64,000 bases of DNA, taken from assembly GCA_044222185.1 (NCBI GenBank), contig JBGANV010000008.1, positions 241,875 through 305,874 of the forward strand, written 5' to 3'. The translations under genes and the position numbers were made by a program. How positions within the stretch are numbered: the first letter of the stretch is position 1; every line of letters begins with the position of its first letter. This DNA is from Planctomycetota bacterium (GTDB taxonomy: Bacteria > Planctomycetota > GCA-002687715 > CAIWVZ01). A model generated the notes under the pieces. It ran no database searches and was not told the origin of the DNA. It was given only the letters and a program-made list of their open reading frames with translations. This document shows, one piece after another, positions 8,951 through 19,284 of the stretch.

Positions 8951-9895
8951 TCAACCGGCCTGTTTGAAGAGATCGAGGAAGCGATCCTCGTACGTGCGGA
9001 ACAGGTCGTGGCGATCGAGCTCGGCCTTCAGCTCCAGTGCCTTCGCGCGGTCCGTTCTGGCCGCTTCGAACAGGACCTCGATTCGATCGAGGACTGCCTT
9101 CGGAACGCGCGGGCGCGTTGCCGTCTTGTCCGCGGGCCGCACCACCTGCTGCTCGGCCGTCTCGGGCGCAGGTCGCGTCGCCGCGTCGCTCGCCGTCTCG
9201 AGACTCTCGAGATGACTCACGAGCTGCCCCTCGATCCGCGAGGCGTCGCCGCGCAGGCTCTCCAAGTCGATCGGAGTCCCGAGCATCCGACCGAAGACCT
9301 CCAGCACGGCGGCCGATGCCTTCGGGTTCGGGAGCTGCGCTGCGAAGAACGGGAACTCGCCCAAGAGGCAGCATCCCGGAAGTCCACGGGCCGCGGCGGC
9401 GGCGATCAGGAAACCGTTCAGCCCATTGATCTCCCCATCCTCCAGCGGCGTCACGCCATGCTGGCGCAACTCGTCGAGCAACGCGGGCTGCGTCGCGATC
9501 CCAAAGACGTGTGGCTGCGCCGTCGGATGCGTGGGGGTCGCCATGGCGGCGAACGTGACGACGCGTTCGATCCCGAAGCGGGCGGCCATTTCGAGGAGCG
9601 CGGCCGCGTATTGCGACGTCGCCGTCGCGGGCTGGCGATCCGCGACGAAGATCACCAGATCGTGGCCGCCAGCGGGGTTGCGCCAGCCGAAAAGCGGTGT
9701 GCTCGGCGGCGGTGCGGCCTGAACGAGGCCGTCGCGAACGAGCACGGATTGGGGCTCGACGAACGGTGACGCGTCAAAGACCCCGAGTGGCGTCGCGCCG
9801 AGTTGATTCACGAGGACCGCACCGGCGATGTGGGCCACGCCCCCCATCCCGGGCCAGGTGGCCACGAGCCACGGTGACTTCAGCTCATTTCCCAT
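8951..9895 (-). CDS. PAC2 family (proteasome assembly chaperone-like) protein
   Basis: PWLVATWPGMGGVA, DLVIFVADRQP, RVVTFAAMA, GEINGLNGFL, CLLGE, PNPKAS, IDLESL; C-terminal EDRFLDLFK. Confidence 0.85.
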   Translation of the reverse strand: MGNELKSPWLVATWPGMGGVAHIAGAVLVNQLGATPLGVFDASPFVEPQSVLVRDGLVQAAPPPSTPLFGWRNPAGGHDLVIFVADRQPATATSQYAAALLEMAARFGIERVVTFAAMATPTHPTAQPHVFGIATQPALLDELRQHGVTPLEDGEINGLNGFLIAAAAARGLPGCCLLGEFPFFAAQLPNPKASAAVLEVFGRMLGTPIDLESLRGDASRIEGQLVSHLESLETASDAATRPAPETAEQQVVRPADKTATRPRVPKAVLDRIEVLFEAARTDRAKALELKAELDRHDLFRTYEDRFLDLFKQAG

Positions 9896-10213
9896 TTGCA
9901 ACTTCCATCATCGCCCGGATGTCGCTGGCGAGCACCCTGGCGACCACGTCCCACGCACCCATTTCGACGACGAATCGCAGTCAGTCGCCGGAAGCAGCCT
10001 CACTCATGATTCATCTACGTGGCACGGACGCTGGACGTCGATTCCGGAGCGGGATCGCGGGGAGGCCCGGTCCACCAATCAGCCAGTGCCGGCTGCAACG
10101 CAGGCTCACCCGCATTCCAAACCAACACGCGGGCGCCGGCTCGTGTATGCTCCGCCCCCGACGGCGCGCAGGCGGCGGCGATCCGTCGAGGCGAATAGGA
10201 CGATGGTTCACCG

Positions 10214-11458
10214 ATGACCCCGAACAGGTGCGATTCTCTTTCCCTCGTCCGGCTGGTGCTCGACAAGGCCCAAATCGGCGGAGCAATCCTCGACGTCGAG
10301 GCTCTCGACCGCGCGCTCGCCGGCCGCAACGACGGACTGCAGATCCATCACATCTACCTGACCATCGACGGCCGAGACGAACCCGTCGAGAGGATCGGGC
10401 GAAGCCGGATCATCCGCCACCCAATCCCCTACCGCGAAGACCGACTGATGGCCGACGGCCCCGTCCTCATCGCCACGTTGCGTCGCACGTTCCTCGACGT
10501 GGTCCAGGACCACCGGCCGTCGCTGTTCGTGAACCACGTCCCCGAGCTTCCGAGCGGCGTCTTCTTGAGCCAGCTCGCGAAGAGCCTCTCCATGCCCGTC
10601 GTGGCGCTCTACCATGGCGGCAGTCGCCCCGCGGTGATGTTGGATCAGGAACACGTCCGGTCCGCGGACGTCGCCATCGCCAACGTCCGCGCCACGGCTG
10701 GTCTCGCCGACGTCATGGCCGCGGTGTCCGATTCGGCCGCTGCCCTGCTACCGATGAAGCGCGTGCTGAACGTCTGGACTGGCGCCGATGCCGCGTTCTT
10801 CGATCCGGCACGGGTGCTCGGCGCCGCGTCGGTCGACGCGCGACCGCGGGTCCCGACGTTCCTCCTCGCGGCGCGGATCGTTCCCGAGAAGGGCCACAAG
10901 CTCCTGCTCGACGCGTCGCAGATCCTCTTCGAGCGGCGCGTCGACCACCGGATCCTCTTCGTCGGATCGGGCCGGACTCCCGTCTGCGCCGCGTTCGAGC
11001 GGTACCTCGTCGACAACGGCTTCCGCGAGCTCGCCCGGGTCGTCTACGACGCCACGCAGGAACAGATGGTTGGGCTCTACGCCGCGTGTGACGTTGCGGT
11101 CTTGCCGGGGTACCACCTGGAAGGCTGCCCGCGATGTCTCATCGAGGCCGCCCTCATGGAACGACCGGTGATCGCGACGGATTCAGGCGGGACGCGCGAA
11201 GCGTTCATTCCCGGAACGACCGGTTTGCTGGTTCCTCCGGGCGATGCCGTGGCCCTCGCCGACGCCATGCATGCGCTCGCGACCGACCCGGAACGCCGGG
11301 CAGCCATGGGACGCGCAGGACGGCAGTTTGCGGCGGCCCGGTTCGATCTCGATGCGCTCGCCGCGCGCCACGAGGCGATCTACGCTCAGTTCCAGCGCCA
11401 TTCGCCGGCGACGTCACCGAAACACCAGGACGAGGAACAGCACGCCCATGCCGGCTGA
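10214..11458 (+). CDS. Glycosyltransferase family 4
   Basis: ARIVPEKGH, EGCPRCLIEAA, PVIATDSGG, TGLLVPPGDAVALADA. Confidence 0.9.
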   Translation: MTPNRCDSLSLVRLVLDKAQIGGAILDVEALDRALAGRNDGLQIHHIYLTIDGRDEPVERIGRSRIIRHPIPYREDRLMADGPVLIATLRRTFLDVVQDHRPSLFVNHVPELPSGVFLSQLAKSLSMPVVALYHGGSRPAVMLDQEHVRSADVAIANVRATAGLADVMAAVSDSAAALLPMKRVLNVWTGADAAFFDPARVLGAASVDARPRVPTFLLAARIVPEKGHKLLLDASQILFERRVDHRILFVGSGRTPVCAAFERYLVDNGFRELARVVYDATQEQMVGLYAACDVAVLPGYHLEGCPRCLIEAALMERPVIATDSGGTREAFIPGTTGLLVPPGDAVALADAMHALATDPERRAAMGRAGRQFAAARFDLDALAARHEAIYAQFQRHSPATSPKHQDEEQHAHAG

Positions 11459-13346
11459 CCGGTTCGAGTCCACGACGCCTGATGCCGAGATCGAGCGCCT
11501 CCGGATCGCGCTCGGTCAAGCTGACCTTGAGCTCGCGCTGCGCTCCGCGCGCATCGATGGTCTCGAGCGTCTTGTCGCACAAGGCGAGCAGGTCGGGAAC
11601 GACGCTGTCTCGCGGATCGTCACACTCCTCCGCGAGCTCGGATTCGACGCACCATCGGAGATCCCAGGATGGCAGTTGCCCGACCTCGTCACGCAACTCA
11701 GCAACCACCTCGTCGCGGCGCGCAACCAGTTCGGCGAGCTGGTGAAGGAAGTGCACCGGCTGGCAGGGTCGACCCACTCGCTCGAGACCGAGCGCGATGA
11801 CCTGCTGGAGCGCGTCCGGCAACTGAACGCCGACGCGGCGCGTGTACGCGGCTCGGCGGCGGGGCCGACCGACCCCGAGCTGTCGGCGCGGCGCCCCCTG
11901 CGAATTCTGATGGTCGTGCACGACTTCCTGCCGCGTCACGCGGCGGGTGCGGAGATCTGCGCGTGGCGCCTCGCGAAGGCGCTCCGCGAACATCATCGCG
12001 TCCACCTGCTCTTCACGGAGGCCCACCCCGGCGTTCACTCCTATCGACTCCGCGAGGGTGAGTACGACGGCCTGCCGTTCACCGAGATCTCGCACCAACA
12101 CGTCGCGCGGTCGCTCGAGCAGTCGTATTCGGACGAACGGATCGACGCGTTGTTTCGCCAGACCCTCGGGAAGGTGCAGCCCGATGTGGTGCACATCCAG
12201 CACCTCCATCATCTGTCGCTGGGCGTCGTCCCCGTGGCGAAGCAGGCGGGCATCCCCATCGTCTACACGCTTCACGACTACGCGCTGGTGTGTCCCAACG
12301 GTGGACGCATGCTGCGCGCAAACCACGAGCGCTGCACGGCGCCCGATCCCGTGACCTGTGCCGGATGCATCGAGGGCATCGAGTTGCGCGAGGTGACGAG
12401 CGACGACAGCCCCATCGAGCGAACGCTGCGCCGGCTGCTGCCGGACGGCGTGCGCGAGCTGATCGAGGGGTTCGCGCCGCGCGCGGCCACGCCGTCGAAG
12501 CCCCAGATCACGATCGCGGATCGCGAGGATGCGATCCGCCGGCGCCTCGAAGTCGTCCGCGCCGCGGCCGCTGACGTGGACCGGTTCCTCGCAACGAGCC
12601 GGTTCGTCCAGGACACGCTCGTCAACAGCGGGATCGTCTCCGGGGATCGCATCGCGGTCTCGGAGAATGGCCAGGACCCCTCGTCGTTCCGCGGGTTCAT
12701 CCGTCGCGCGTCGAGCGACCTCCGCGTCGGTTACATCGGGACGCTCGTCCCTCACAAGGGAGTTCACGTCCTCGTCGAGGCGCTGAACGAACTCGCGGAC
12801 CTCTCCGACCTGACGGGTGCGATCCATGGTGGGCTCGACGTCGATCCGACGTATGCACGGCGCCTCGTCGAGGCGAACCGGAACTCGCGCGTCGCGTTCG
12901 GAGGCCGATACGATCCGCATCAGGTCCGCGACGTGCTCGCGAACCTGGACGTCATCGTCGTTCCGAGCCTGTGGTGGGAGTGCGCGCCGCTCACGATCCA
13001 GGAGGCTTTCCTCGGGGGCGTCGTCCCCATCGTCTCAGGCATCGGAGGCATGGCGGAGTTCGTGAAAGACGAGGTGGACGGCCTCCACGTCCCACCGGGC
13101 GACGCGAAGGCGATCGCACGGCAGATCCGTCGGCTTCATGCGGATCGCGCGCTCCTGACCCGTCTCGCCGCAGCGCGCCCGCTGGTGCGGTCGATCCAGG
13201 ATGCAGCCGCCGACGTCGAGGCCGTCTATCGCACGGTGATCGCGGCGCGGGCGCGGCCGCTCGCATCGACGCCGCTCGCGGACCCCGCCGGCCCGCGCGT
13301 ACGCACCTCGCCTCAAGAGCCTCGACGAATGCGGAGGAAGTCATGA
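11448..13346 (+). CDS. Glycosyltransferase family 4 with N-terminal coiled coil
   Basis: GAGGA SD before ATG 11448, overlapping the upstream stop; LRILMVVHDFLP, PDVVHIQH, YTLHDY, GTLVPHKGVH, PSLWWECAPLTIQEA. Confidence 0.9.
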   Translation: MPADRFESTTPDAEIERLRIALGQADLELALRSARIDGLERLVAQGEQVGNDAVSRIVTLLRELGFDAPSEIPGWQLPDLVTQLSNHLVAARNQFGELVKEVHRLAGSTHSLETERDDLLERVRQLNADAARVRGSAAGPTDPELSARRPLRILMVVHDFLPRHAAGAEICAWRLAKALREHHRVHLLFTEAHPGVHSYRLREGEYDGLPFTEISHQHVARSLEQSYSDERIDALFRQTLGKVQPDVVHIQHLHHLSLGVVPVAKQAGIPIVYTLHDYALVCPNGGRMLRANHERCTAPDPVTCAGCIEGIELREVTSDDSPIERTLRRLLPDGVRELIEGFAPRAATPSKPQITIADREDAIRRRLEVVRAAAADVDRFLATSRFVQDTLVNSGIVSGDRIAVSENGQDPSSFRGFIRRASSDLRVGYIGTLVPHKGVHVLVEALNELADLSDLTGAIHGGLDVDPTYARRLVEANRNSRVAFGGRYDPHQVRDVLANLDVIVVPSLWWECAPLTIQEAFLGGVVPIVSGIGGMAEFVKDEVDGLHVPPGDAKAIARQIRRLHADRALLTRLAAARPLVRSIQDAAADVEAVYRTVIAARARPLASTPLADPAGPRVRTSPQEPRRMRRKS

Positions 13347-13482
13347 CCATGGACGGATCGCTCGGGCTCGACGCGTTCGTGATGGTGGGTGCGGAGACTC
13401 GCGCCGACGCAGTCGATCTCGCGACGAGCGGGCCCTCTGAGCGTGGCGTTCGGGCGTAACGACGATCCAGTGCGCGAGTCGT

Positions 13483-14112
13483 TCAGGATCCGGCCCATGG
13501 CGGGTCGAGGGCAGGCTGGAGCCTGCCCATCCGGCCAGGCAGAAGCCTGGCGCTCCGCGCTCCGTTGATGGGCCCGGCCGTCACTCCGAATCCGACCACG
13601 ATCCATGATGCCGCCTCGCCGCGCTCGAGTCCGTTGGTGGACGGCGGGAGACATAGCGCTTTCGCCAACGCCGCGATGGCGTCGTCCGTGAACCCGATCA
13701 GAGGAAGCGTCGTCGGTCGCCCGAAGATGCGGAGCATGCAAAGGTCGCCGTCCCTTCGCAGGAACCGGACTTGCGACCACGGAGTCACGGATGACGCGCC
13801 CAACGCCTGAAGCGTCAGCGCCTCCGGCGTGAGCTGGATCACGGAGTGACGATCGGGGTCCGGCCCCCAGGACTCGAGCGTGCGACGCCAGGCCCCGAGC
13901 CCGTTCGAGATCAGGAGTGCAAGAAAGCTCAACACCACTCCGAAGAGGAAGCCGAAGAACGCCGAGCCGCGGTCAACGGAACTCGTCGCGATCGGCGTGG
14001 CGATCAGCAGGCACCCCAGCACGATCGCCGCCGGGCCGGCCGAGGCCCACCACACCTGCCATGCCATCCGCTTCGCCTGCCCCATCGTGATGCGCTGCTC
14101 GATCCGGATCAT
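13483..14112 (-). CDS. YcxB-like membrane protein
   Basis: Strong SD (GAGGAGAAGGAG) before ATG 14112; two TM helices followed by IQLTPEALTL...VTPWSQVRFL. Confidence 0.55.
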   Translation of the reverse strand: MIRIEQRITMGQAKRMAWQVWWASAGPAAIVLGCLLIATPIATSSVDRGSAFFGFLFGVVLSFLALLISNGLGAWRRTLESWGPDPDRHSVIQLTPEALTLQALGASSVTPWSQVRFLRRDGDLCMLRIFGRPTTLPLIGFTDDAIAALAKALCLPPSTNGLERGEAASWIVVGFGVTAGPINGARSARLLPGRMGRLQPALDPPWAGS

Positions 14113-14408
14113 CGCGAGACCACTCCTTCTCCTCGGTGGGAGCGCCGATCCTATGGCCGATCGCCGTCCAGGTCTACCGACGCACGGACCGCGCGCGTCG
14201 AGTCGCATCGGTCGGCGATTCCGACACCCAATCGCTGACATGCGCCCAAGGGCCCTTCGCACTTCCACAAATGGCCAGTCGATCCGCCTCCGTGCACTAT
14301 TGACTTGAAAAAAGGGCCTCTCGCCATGAGACGGCCCCCGAATCGCAGCCGGGTCGCGCAGTCGCGCGACCGAGGCGCGTATTGGTCACCACTGCCGGAG
14401 TCCGATCC

Positions 14409-17400
14409 ATGTCACGCTCAACCACCGTGCTGTTCGTGGCTTTCGTTCTGGCGGCCCTGACCATGGGCCAAGGCGATCCGCTTCCCATGACGCGCGTTCC
14501 CGTGGAACTGGCCAGCGGCCAGTTGACCAACGGGACGACGGACGCGCGGACGGTCTGGGCCGAAGTCCTCACCATTCCCACGGCGAGCTCCGTCCAACTC
14601 GTGTTCGAGGTCGCCGACCTCGGCAACGACGATGACGTCCTCATCGTGCGCGGTGCCGAGAACGACGAGATGCAGCGACTCACGCGTCTCGTCCTCAAGC
14701 AATGGCGCAACCACTCGGCCTGGTTCAACGGATCGACGGTGACGCTGGAACTCCAACTCAGTCCGGGGTCATCGGCCCAGGTCGCGGTCGGTGCGGCCTT
14801 CGCCTTCCTCGCGCCCATGGCGCCCCCGGCTGGCCTGGACTCCCTCTGCGGCGCCGATGACCGCGTGCTCAGTACCGATGCGAGGGTGAACCGACTCGTC
14901 ATCACGTCGACGCAGACCGGTGGCGGATGCACGGGGTGGCTCATCAACAGCCGCAACGTCATCCTCAGCGCCGGTCACTGCGCGAGCCCGCTCCCCGACT
15001 ACTTCGTGATCGCCGAGTTCAACTACCCGCTGTCGAATGCGCTGGGTGAGATCCAGCATCCGGGTGTCGCCGATCAGTTCCCCGTGGACCAGACCACGAT
15101 CCAGGCCAACAACGGCGGAGTCGGAAACGACTGGGCCGTGGCGCGGCTCCACCCGAACTCATCGGGAGAAACGGCCTCACAGCGCCAGGGTGGTTGGTTC
15201 ACGCTCGTGACGACGCTTCCGATCTATGCTCCTCCGCTCCTCATTCCCACGTTCCGTGTCACGGGTAACGGATCGGACAGCACGCCGAACTACACCTACA
15301 ACTACGTGCAGCAGACGTCCACGGGTCCGTCGCACGGCTACAGCGGCGACGTCGTCCAACATCGCGTGGACACGACGGATGGTGGATCGGGCAGTCCGAT
15401 CATCGACGTGGCGTCAGGTGCCGTCGTGGGCATCCACACCAACGCGGGATGCGATGCCACCCCGACCAGCTACAACACCGGCACGAGCGTATTGAACGCC
15501 GGATTGCAGGCCGCGATTGCCAACGCGTCGGGCTGCGCCAGTCTCACGCTCACGAACGACGCTCCGGCCTCGGTGACCTGCACGCCGGTCATCTTCAACA
15601 CGTCGGCGCCGACCTTCGACTGGGCCGTCGTCGGCGTGTCGAGCACGAACGATTGGGACATCCAGATCGAGAGCACGGGATCGACGTACGGCGGTTCCGC
15701 GTGCGACTACTTGATCGCCAACGGGAACCTCGGCGGTGTCGCGCCCGTCAGCGGCAGCCTGTTTCGCTTCGCGGGTCTCGCCACCGCGACGGCCGAGTTC
15801 CAGATCGCGACGACCATCACCGTCGGCCAGCAGAACTTCGGCTCGTTGGCGTCGACGGAGATCGTGGACTTGTTCCAGTTCCTCATCCCGAGTGCGGGGA
15901 GCTACGACATCACCGTGAACGGCGATCCGGCCTTCGGCTTCGATCTCTACGCCCCCGGAGTGAACGACGCGTGGCGGCCGCGCGGTGGCGCGGGAATCCT
16001 CGCCTCCGGCACCGTCGGTGGCCAGCCGCACGCGGCATTCGTCCTCAGCCCGGGTTGGCACGCACTCCTCGTCGGTCGCAACGGCGGTCCCGGCGTGGTC
16101 GATCCGACGGCGCTGACCGTGACCGTGTGCACGAGCCTGCCGACGCTCGCTCTCTCTCAGGACGCGGCCGTGGCCGTCGCCTCTGACTGCCGCCGCTTCG
16201 CCGTCGTGCCCGAGGCCGGTTGGTGGAACGTCGTCGGCATCACCTCCGCCAGTGACTGGGACATCGACCTGGGGCCGGCGCAGTCGCAGAACGGAGGAGC
16301 GATCTGCGACTTCGTCGTCGCCAACGGAACCCTGGGTGGCATTGGCCCGTCGCTCGGAGTCGTGGCGCGCTACAACGGCACCGAAGGGGCGACCGTCGAG
16401 CACGGCTCGCGAGCGACCGGCGCCCTTGGAGTTCCCCACGACACGGTGCTCGCGGCCGGTGACGTCGTCGACATCGTCCAATACACGATCGCCGCCAGCG
16501 GAAACTACGACCTGACGGTGACGGGCGACGGGTCGCTGTCGTTCTCGTTGTTCGTGCCGGGCACGAGCGCTGAATGGAGGCCGCGCAACGCGCGACTCTG
16601 GGGCGGGACGGTGGGCGATGCGTCGCAGACATTCGCGCTCGGCACCGGGTCCCATGCCGTCGTCATCTCGCGCAATGGCGGGACGTCGGCTGCCGCACTC
16701 CCCTATACGATTCACTTCGCGCCCACCGTGGCGCCGCTGACACTGGCGCCGTCGACGATCTCGACGACCGTGACCACGATCTCGCAGCCGTTCACGATCT
16801 CGCCCTCGGCAGGTTCGTGGAACGCCGTCGGTGTCACGAGCACCTCCGACTGGGACATCGCCATCGGAACGGCGGAGTCTCAACTCGGCCTATCGTTCTG
16901 TGACTTCCTCGTCGCCAACGGCAACCTGGGATCCATCGCGCCGACGGCCGGGATCATCACGCGCTTCAGCGGGGCGTCGACCGCAAGCGCCAACCAGGCG
17001 ACGCGTGTCACTGTCACCCCGGGCACGACCTACGGCGCGGCCTGGGGTGCCTCGCAGGCGTTGCGCGTCTTCGAGTTCACGATTCCGACGGCCAACGATT
17101 ACGACATCGGACTCACGGGGCTGTCGGGTCTCGACTGGTTCCTGTTCGAACCCGGTCCCGACTCCGCGTGGCGAAGGCGTGGCGACGCCGACTTCGTGGG
17201 AACCGTGGGCGGTGCTGGAATCACTCGCGCACTCGGCGCAGGTGTTCATGCCATCGTCGTGTGTGTGGACGGTGGCGTGGGCATCTCGGGCTCGTTCACC
17301 GTGGACGTGCACCAGACGCCGTACCCGGTTCCCGTGTTGACGTCGATGACACCGACGGTCGCCACGGCGGGAGCGGGCGCGGTTTCGCTCGCATGCAGCG

Positions 17401-19103
17401 GCTCCGCATTCGTGCCGGCGAGCGTCGTCCGGTGGGACGGCACCAGTTTGCCGACGACGTACCTGAACTCCGGATCGCTCTCCGCGACTCTCGCCGCTGG
17501 CTTCTTGACCAGCGCAGGCACGCACTCGATCACGGTGTTCACACCGACGCCCGGAGGCGGCACGAGCGCCGGGCTGACGTTCACGATCAACAACCCGGTG
17601 CCGACACTCGCGTCCATGAGTCCCACGTCCGCCACGGCGGGCGGGGCCGCGTTCACGCTCACGGTGAACGGGACGAACTACAACACGCAGAGCCGCGTCC
17701 AGTGGAACGGCGTCAACCTGACGACGACGCTCGTCAGCGCCACGCAGCTCACGGTCGCGGTTCCTGCCGCGAACATCGCGACGGCGGGAACGGCCACCGT
17801 TCGCATCAACAACCCGGCGCCCGGTGGAGGCGTCAGCTCGAGCCTCACGTTCACGATCAACAACCCGGTGCCGACGCTCGCCTCGCTCAGTCCGGCGTCA
17901 GCCATCGCGGGCGGCGCGGCCTTCACGCTCACGGCCAACGGCACGAACTGCAACACGCAGACCCGCGTGATGTGGAACGGCGTCGCGCTCACGACGACGT
18001 TCGTGTCGACGACCCAGGTCACGGCCGCCGTGCCGGCCGCGAACATCGCGACGGCGGGTTCGATCATCGTGAGACTCAACAACCCGACGCCGGGTGGTGG
18101 AAGCAGTGGGAGCCTCACGTTCACGGTCAACAATCCGGTGCCCACGCTCGCGTCGCTGTCGCCGACCTCCCAGTTCGCGGGCGGGGCAGCGTTCACGCTC
18201 ACCGTCAATGGGACTAACTTCAACGCTCAGAGCCAGGTGCGATGGAACTCGGCCGCGCTCACGACGACGCTCGTGAGTGGGACGCAGCTCACGGCGGCCG
18301 TGCCCGCCGCGAACATCGCCTTCTCGGGCACGGCGAGCGTGGACGTTCGCAACCCGACGCCGGGTGGCGGTGTGACCGCAGCGCTCACCTTCACGATCGT
18401 GGGACCGGCGGTGACGTCCATCTCGCCGGCCGCGATCGCCGTGATGACGCCGGTCTCGCCGCCGGTCGTCGTCACCGTGAACGGCAGCGGGTTCATGTCG
18501 ACGTCGAAGGTGTTCGCCAACGGGATCCAGCTCACGACGACGTACATCAGCGGGACGCAGCTCACGGCTCAGCTCCCGCCGGCGGTTCCGCAAACGCAGT
18601 TTGCGGGCGGCCTCGCCGTCGCCGTGCAGAACTTCCCGACGGTGGCGTCGAACCTCGCGGAGATCGTAGTGGGCACGGGTTCCAACCACGGCGTCATCGG
18701 GCATGTGCCACTCGTCGAACCGATCGTCGCCGGCAGCACGTTCTCGCTGAACATGGAAGGGTGCACGCCCAGTGCGCCGTTCCTACTCGTCGGCGACCTG
18801 GGGATGCCTCCGCCGGTCACCAACTGGCCGACGCCGGCCGCCAACTTCGTGCTGTCGGTCGGAACGCCGGGGTTGTTCGTCGTGCTGGATGGCATCGGCG
18901 TCTTCGGTCCGCCGCAAGCCGGTGTCGTGATGAGCCCGAACCAGCCGGGGAACACGCCGCCGGGTGGTGAGTTCATCCTGTCGGGTCTGGTGGCGCCGCT
19001 GCCATCGCTCGGTGCGAGTTTCACGCTCCAGGTCGCGTACCTGGATGCGGCGAGCCCCACCGGGTTCCGTCTGACGTGGGCGCTCGTCGACACGGGAATC
19101 TGA
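14409..19103 (+). CDS. Large secreted trypsin-like serine protease with three ~200-aa repeat modules, IPT/TIG repeats and a C-terminal domain
   Basis: GGAG SD, signal peptide; triad LSAGHC / NDWAV / DGGSGSP; repeated NPVPTLASLSP...AFTLTVNGTNF...WNG..LTTT.VS.TQLTA IPT/TIG units. Confidence 0.85.
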   Translation: MSRSTTVLFVAFVLAALTMGQGDPLPMTRVPVELASGQLTNGTTDARTVWAEVLTIPTASSVQLVFEVADLGNDDDVLIVRGAENDEMQRLTRLVLKQWRNHSAWFNGSTVTLELQLSPGSSAQVAVGAAFAFLAPMAPPAGLDSLCGADDRVLSTDARVNRLVITSTQTGGGCTGWLINSRNVILSAGHCASPLPDYFVIAEFNYPLSNALGEIQHPGVADQFPVDQTTIQANNGGVGNDWAVARLHPNSSGETASQRQGGWFTLVTTLPIYAPPLLIPTFRVTGNGSDSTPNYTYNYVQQTSTGPSHGYSGDVVQHRVDTTDGGSGSPIIDVASGAVVGIHTNAGCDATPTSYNTGTSVLNAGLQAAIANASGCASLTLTNDAPASVTCTPVIFNTSAPTFDWAVVGVSSTNDWDIQIESTGSTYGGSACDYLIANGNLGGVAPVSGSLFRFAGLATATAEFQIATTITVGQQNFGSLASTEIVDLFQFLIPSAGSYDITVNGDPAFGFDLYAPGVNDAWRPRGGAGILASGTVGGQPHAAFVLSPGWHALLVGRNGGPGVVDPTALTVTVCTSLPTLALSQDAAVAVASDCRRFAVVPEAGWWNVVGITSASDWDIDLGPAQSQNGGAICDFVVANGTLGGIGPSLGVVARYNGTEGATVEHGSRATGALGVPHDTVLAAGDVVDIVQYTIAASGNYDLTVTGDGSLSFSLFVPGTSAEWRPRNARLWGGTVGDASQTFALGTGSHAVVISRNGGTSAAALPYTIHFAPTVAPLTLAPSTISTTVTTISQPFTISPSAGSWNAVGVTSTSDWDIAIGTAESQLGLSFCDFLVANGNLGSIAPTAGIITRFSGASTASANQATRVTVTPGTTYGAAWGASQALRVFEFTIPTANDYDIGLTGLSGLDWFLFEPGPDSAWRRRGDADFVGTVGGAGITRALGAGVHAIVVCVDGGVGISGSFTVDVHQTPYPVPVLTSMTPTVATAGAGAVSLACSGSAFVPASVVRWDGTSLPTTYLNSGSLSATLAAGFLTSAGTHSITVFTPTPGGGTSAGLTFTINNPVPTLASMSPTSATAGGAAFTLTVNGTNYNTQSRVQWNGVNLTTTLVSATQLTVAVPAANIATAGTATVRINNPAPGGGVSSSLTFTINNPVPTLASLSPASAIAGGAAFTLTANGTNCNTQTRVMWNGVALTTTFVSTTQVTAAVPAANIATAGSIIVRLNNPTPGGGSSGSLTFTVNNPVPTLASLSPTSQFAGGAAFTLTVNGTNFNAQSQVRWNSAALTTTLVSGTQLTAAVPAANIAFSGTASVDVRNPTPGGGVTAALTFTIVGPAVTSISPAAIAVMTPVSPPVVVTVNGSGFMSTSKVFANGIQLTTTYISGTQLTAQLPPAVPQTQFAGGLAVAVQNFPTVASNLAEIVVGTGSNHGVIGHVPLVEPIVAGSTFSLNMEGCTPSAPFLLVGDLGMPPPVTNWPTPAANFVLSVGTPGLFVVLDGIGVFGPPQAGVVMSPNQPGNTPPGGEFILSGLVAPLPSLGASFTLQVAYLDAASPTGFRLTWALVDTGI

Positions 19104-19147
19104 CGCTCACGCGTCACGCGCCGGCGAGCGTCATCCTGCGGGCCCCG

Positions 19148-19253
19148 GTGATCTCGCACCGCCCCGCATGCGACGCCCGTTGGCCCGCGCGGGACGCGCG
19201 GCGATCCTGCCAGTCCCCGCCGAGACGGCGGAGGACGTGGCGCTCCGCGGAAG
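19148..19253 (+). repeat. Dispersed ~105-bp hairpin-containing repeat, copy 1
   Basis: About 16 differences from 22301-22405 by manual alignment; hairpins CCGCGCG-GGA-CGCGCGG and CCGCCG-AGA-CGGCGG. Confidence 0.8.
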
Positions 19254-19284
19254 CCCGGCGAGAAGTCGCGTCGTGCCCGTTCGC

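Noticed and set aside
13343-13459. 38-aa ORF ATGA-coupled to the second glycosyltransferase
   Set aside because: Has an SD-like GGAGG but no recognisable motif; too little evidence to call.
14298-14330. TTGACT as -35 for the protease gene
   Set aside because: No convincing -10 at 16-18 bp spacing.
17570-18400. Near-identical ~270-bp DNA repeats
   Set aside because: Fully explained by tandem IPT/TIG coding domains; not CRISPR or a mobile element.
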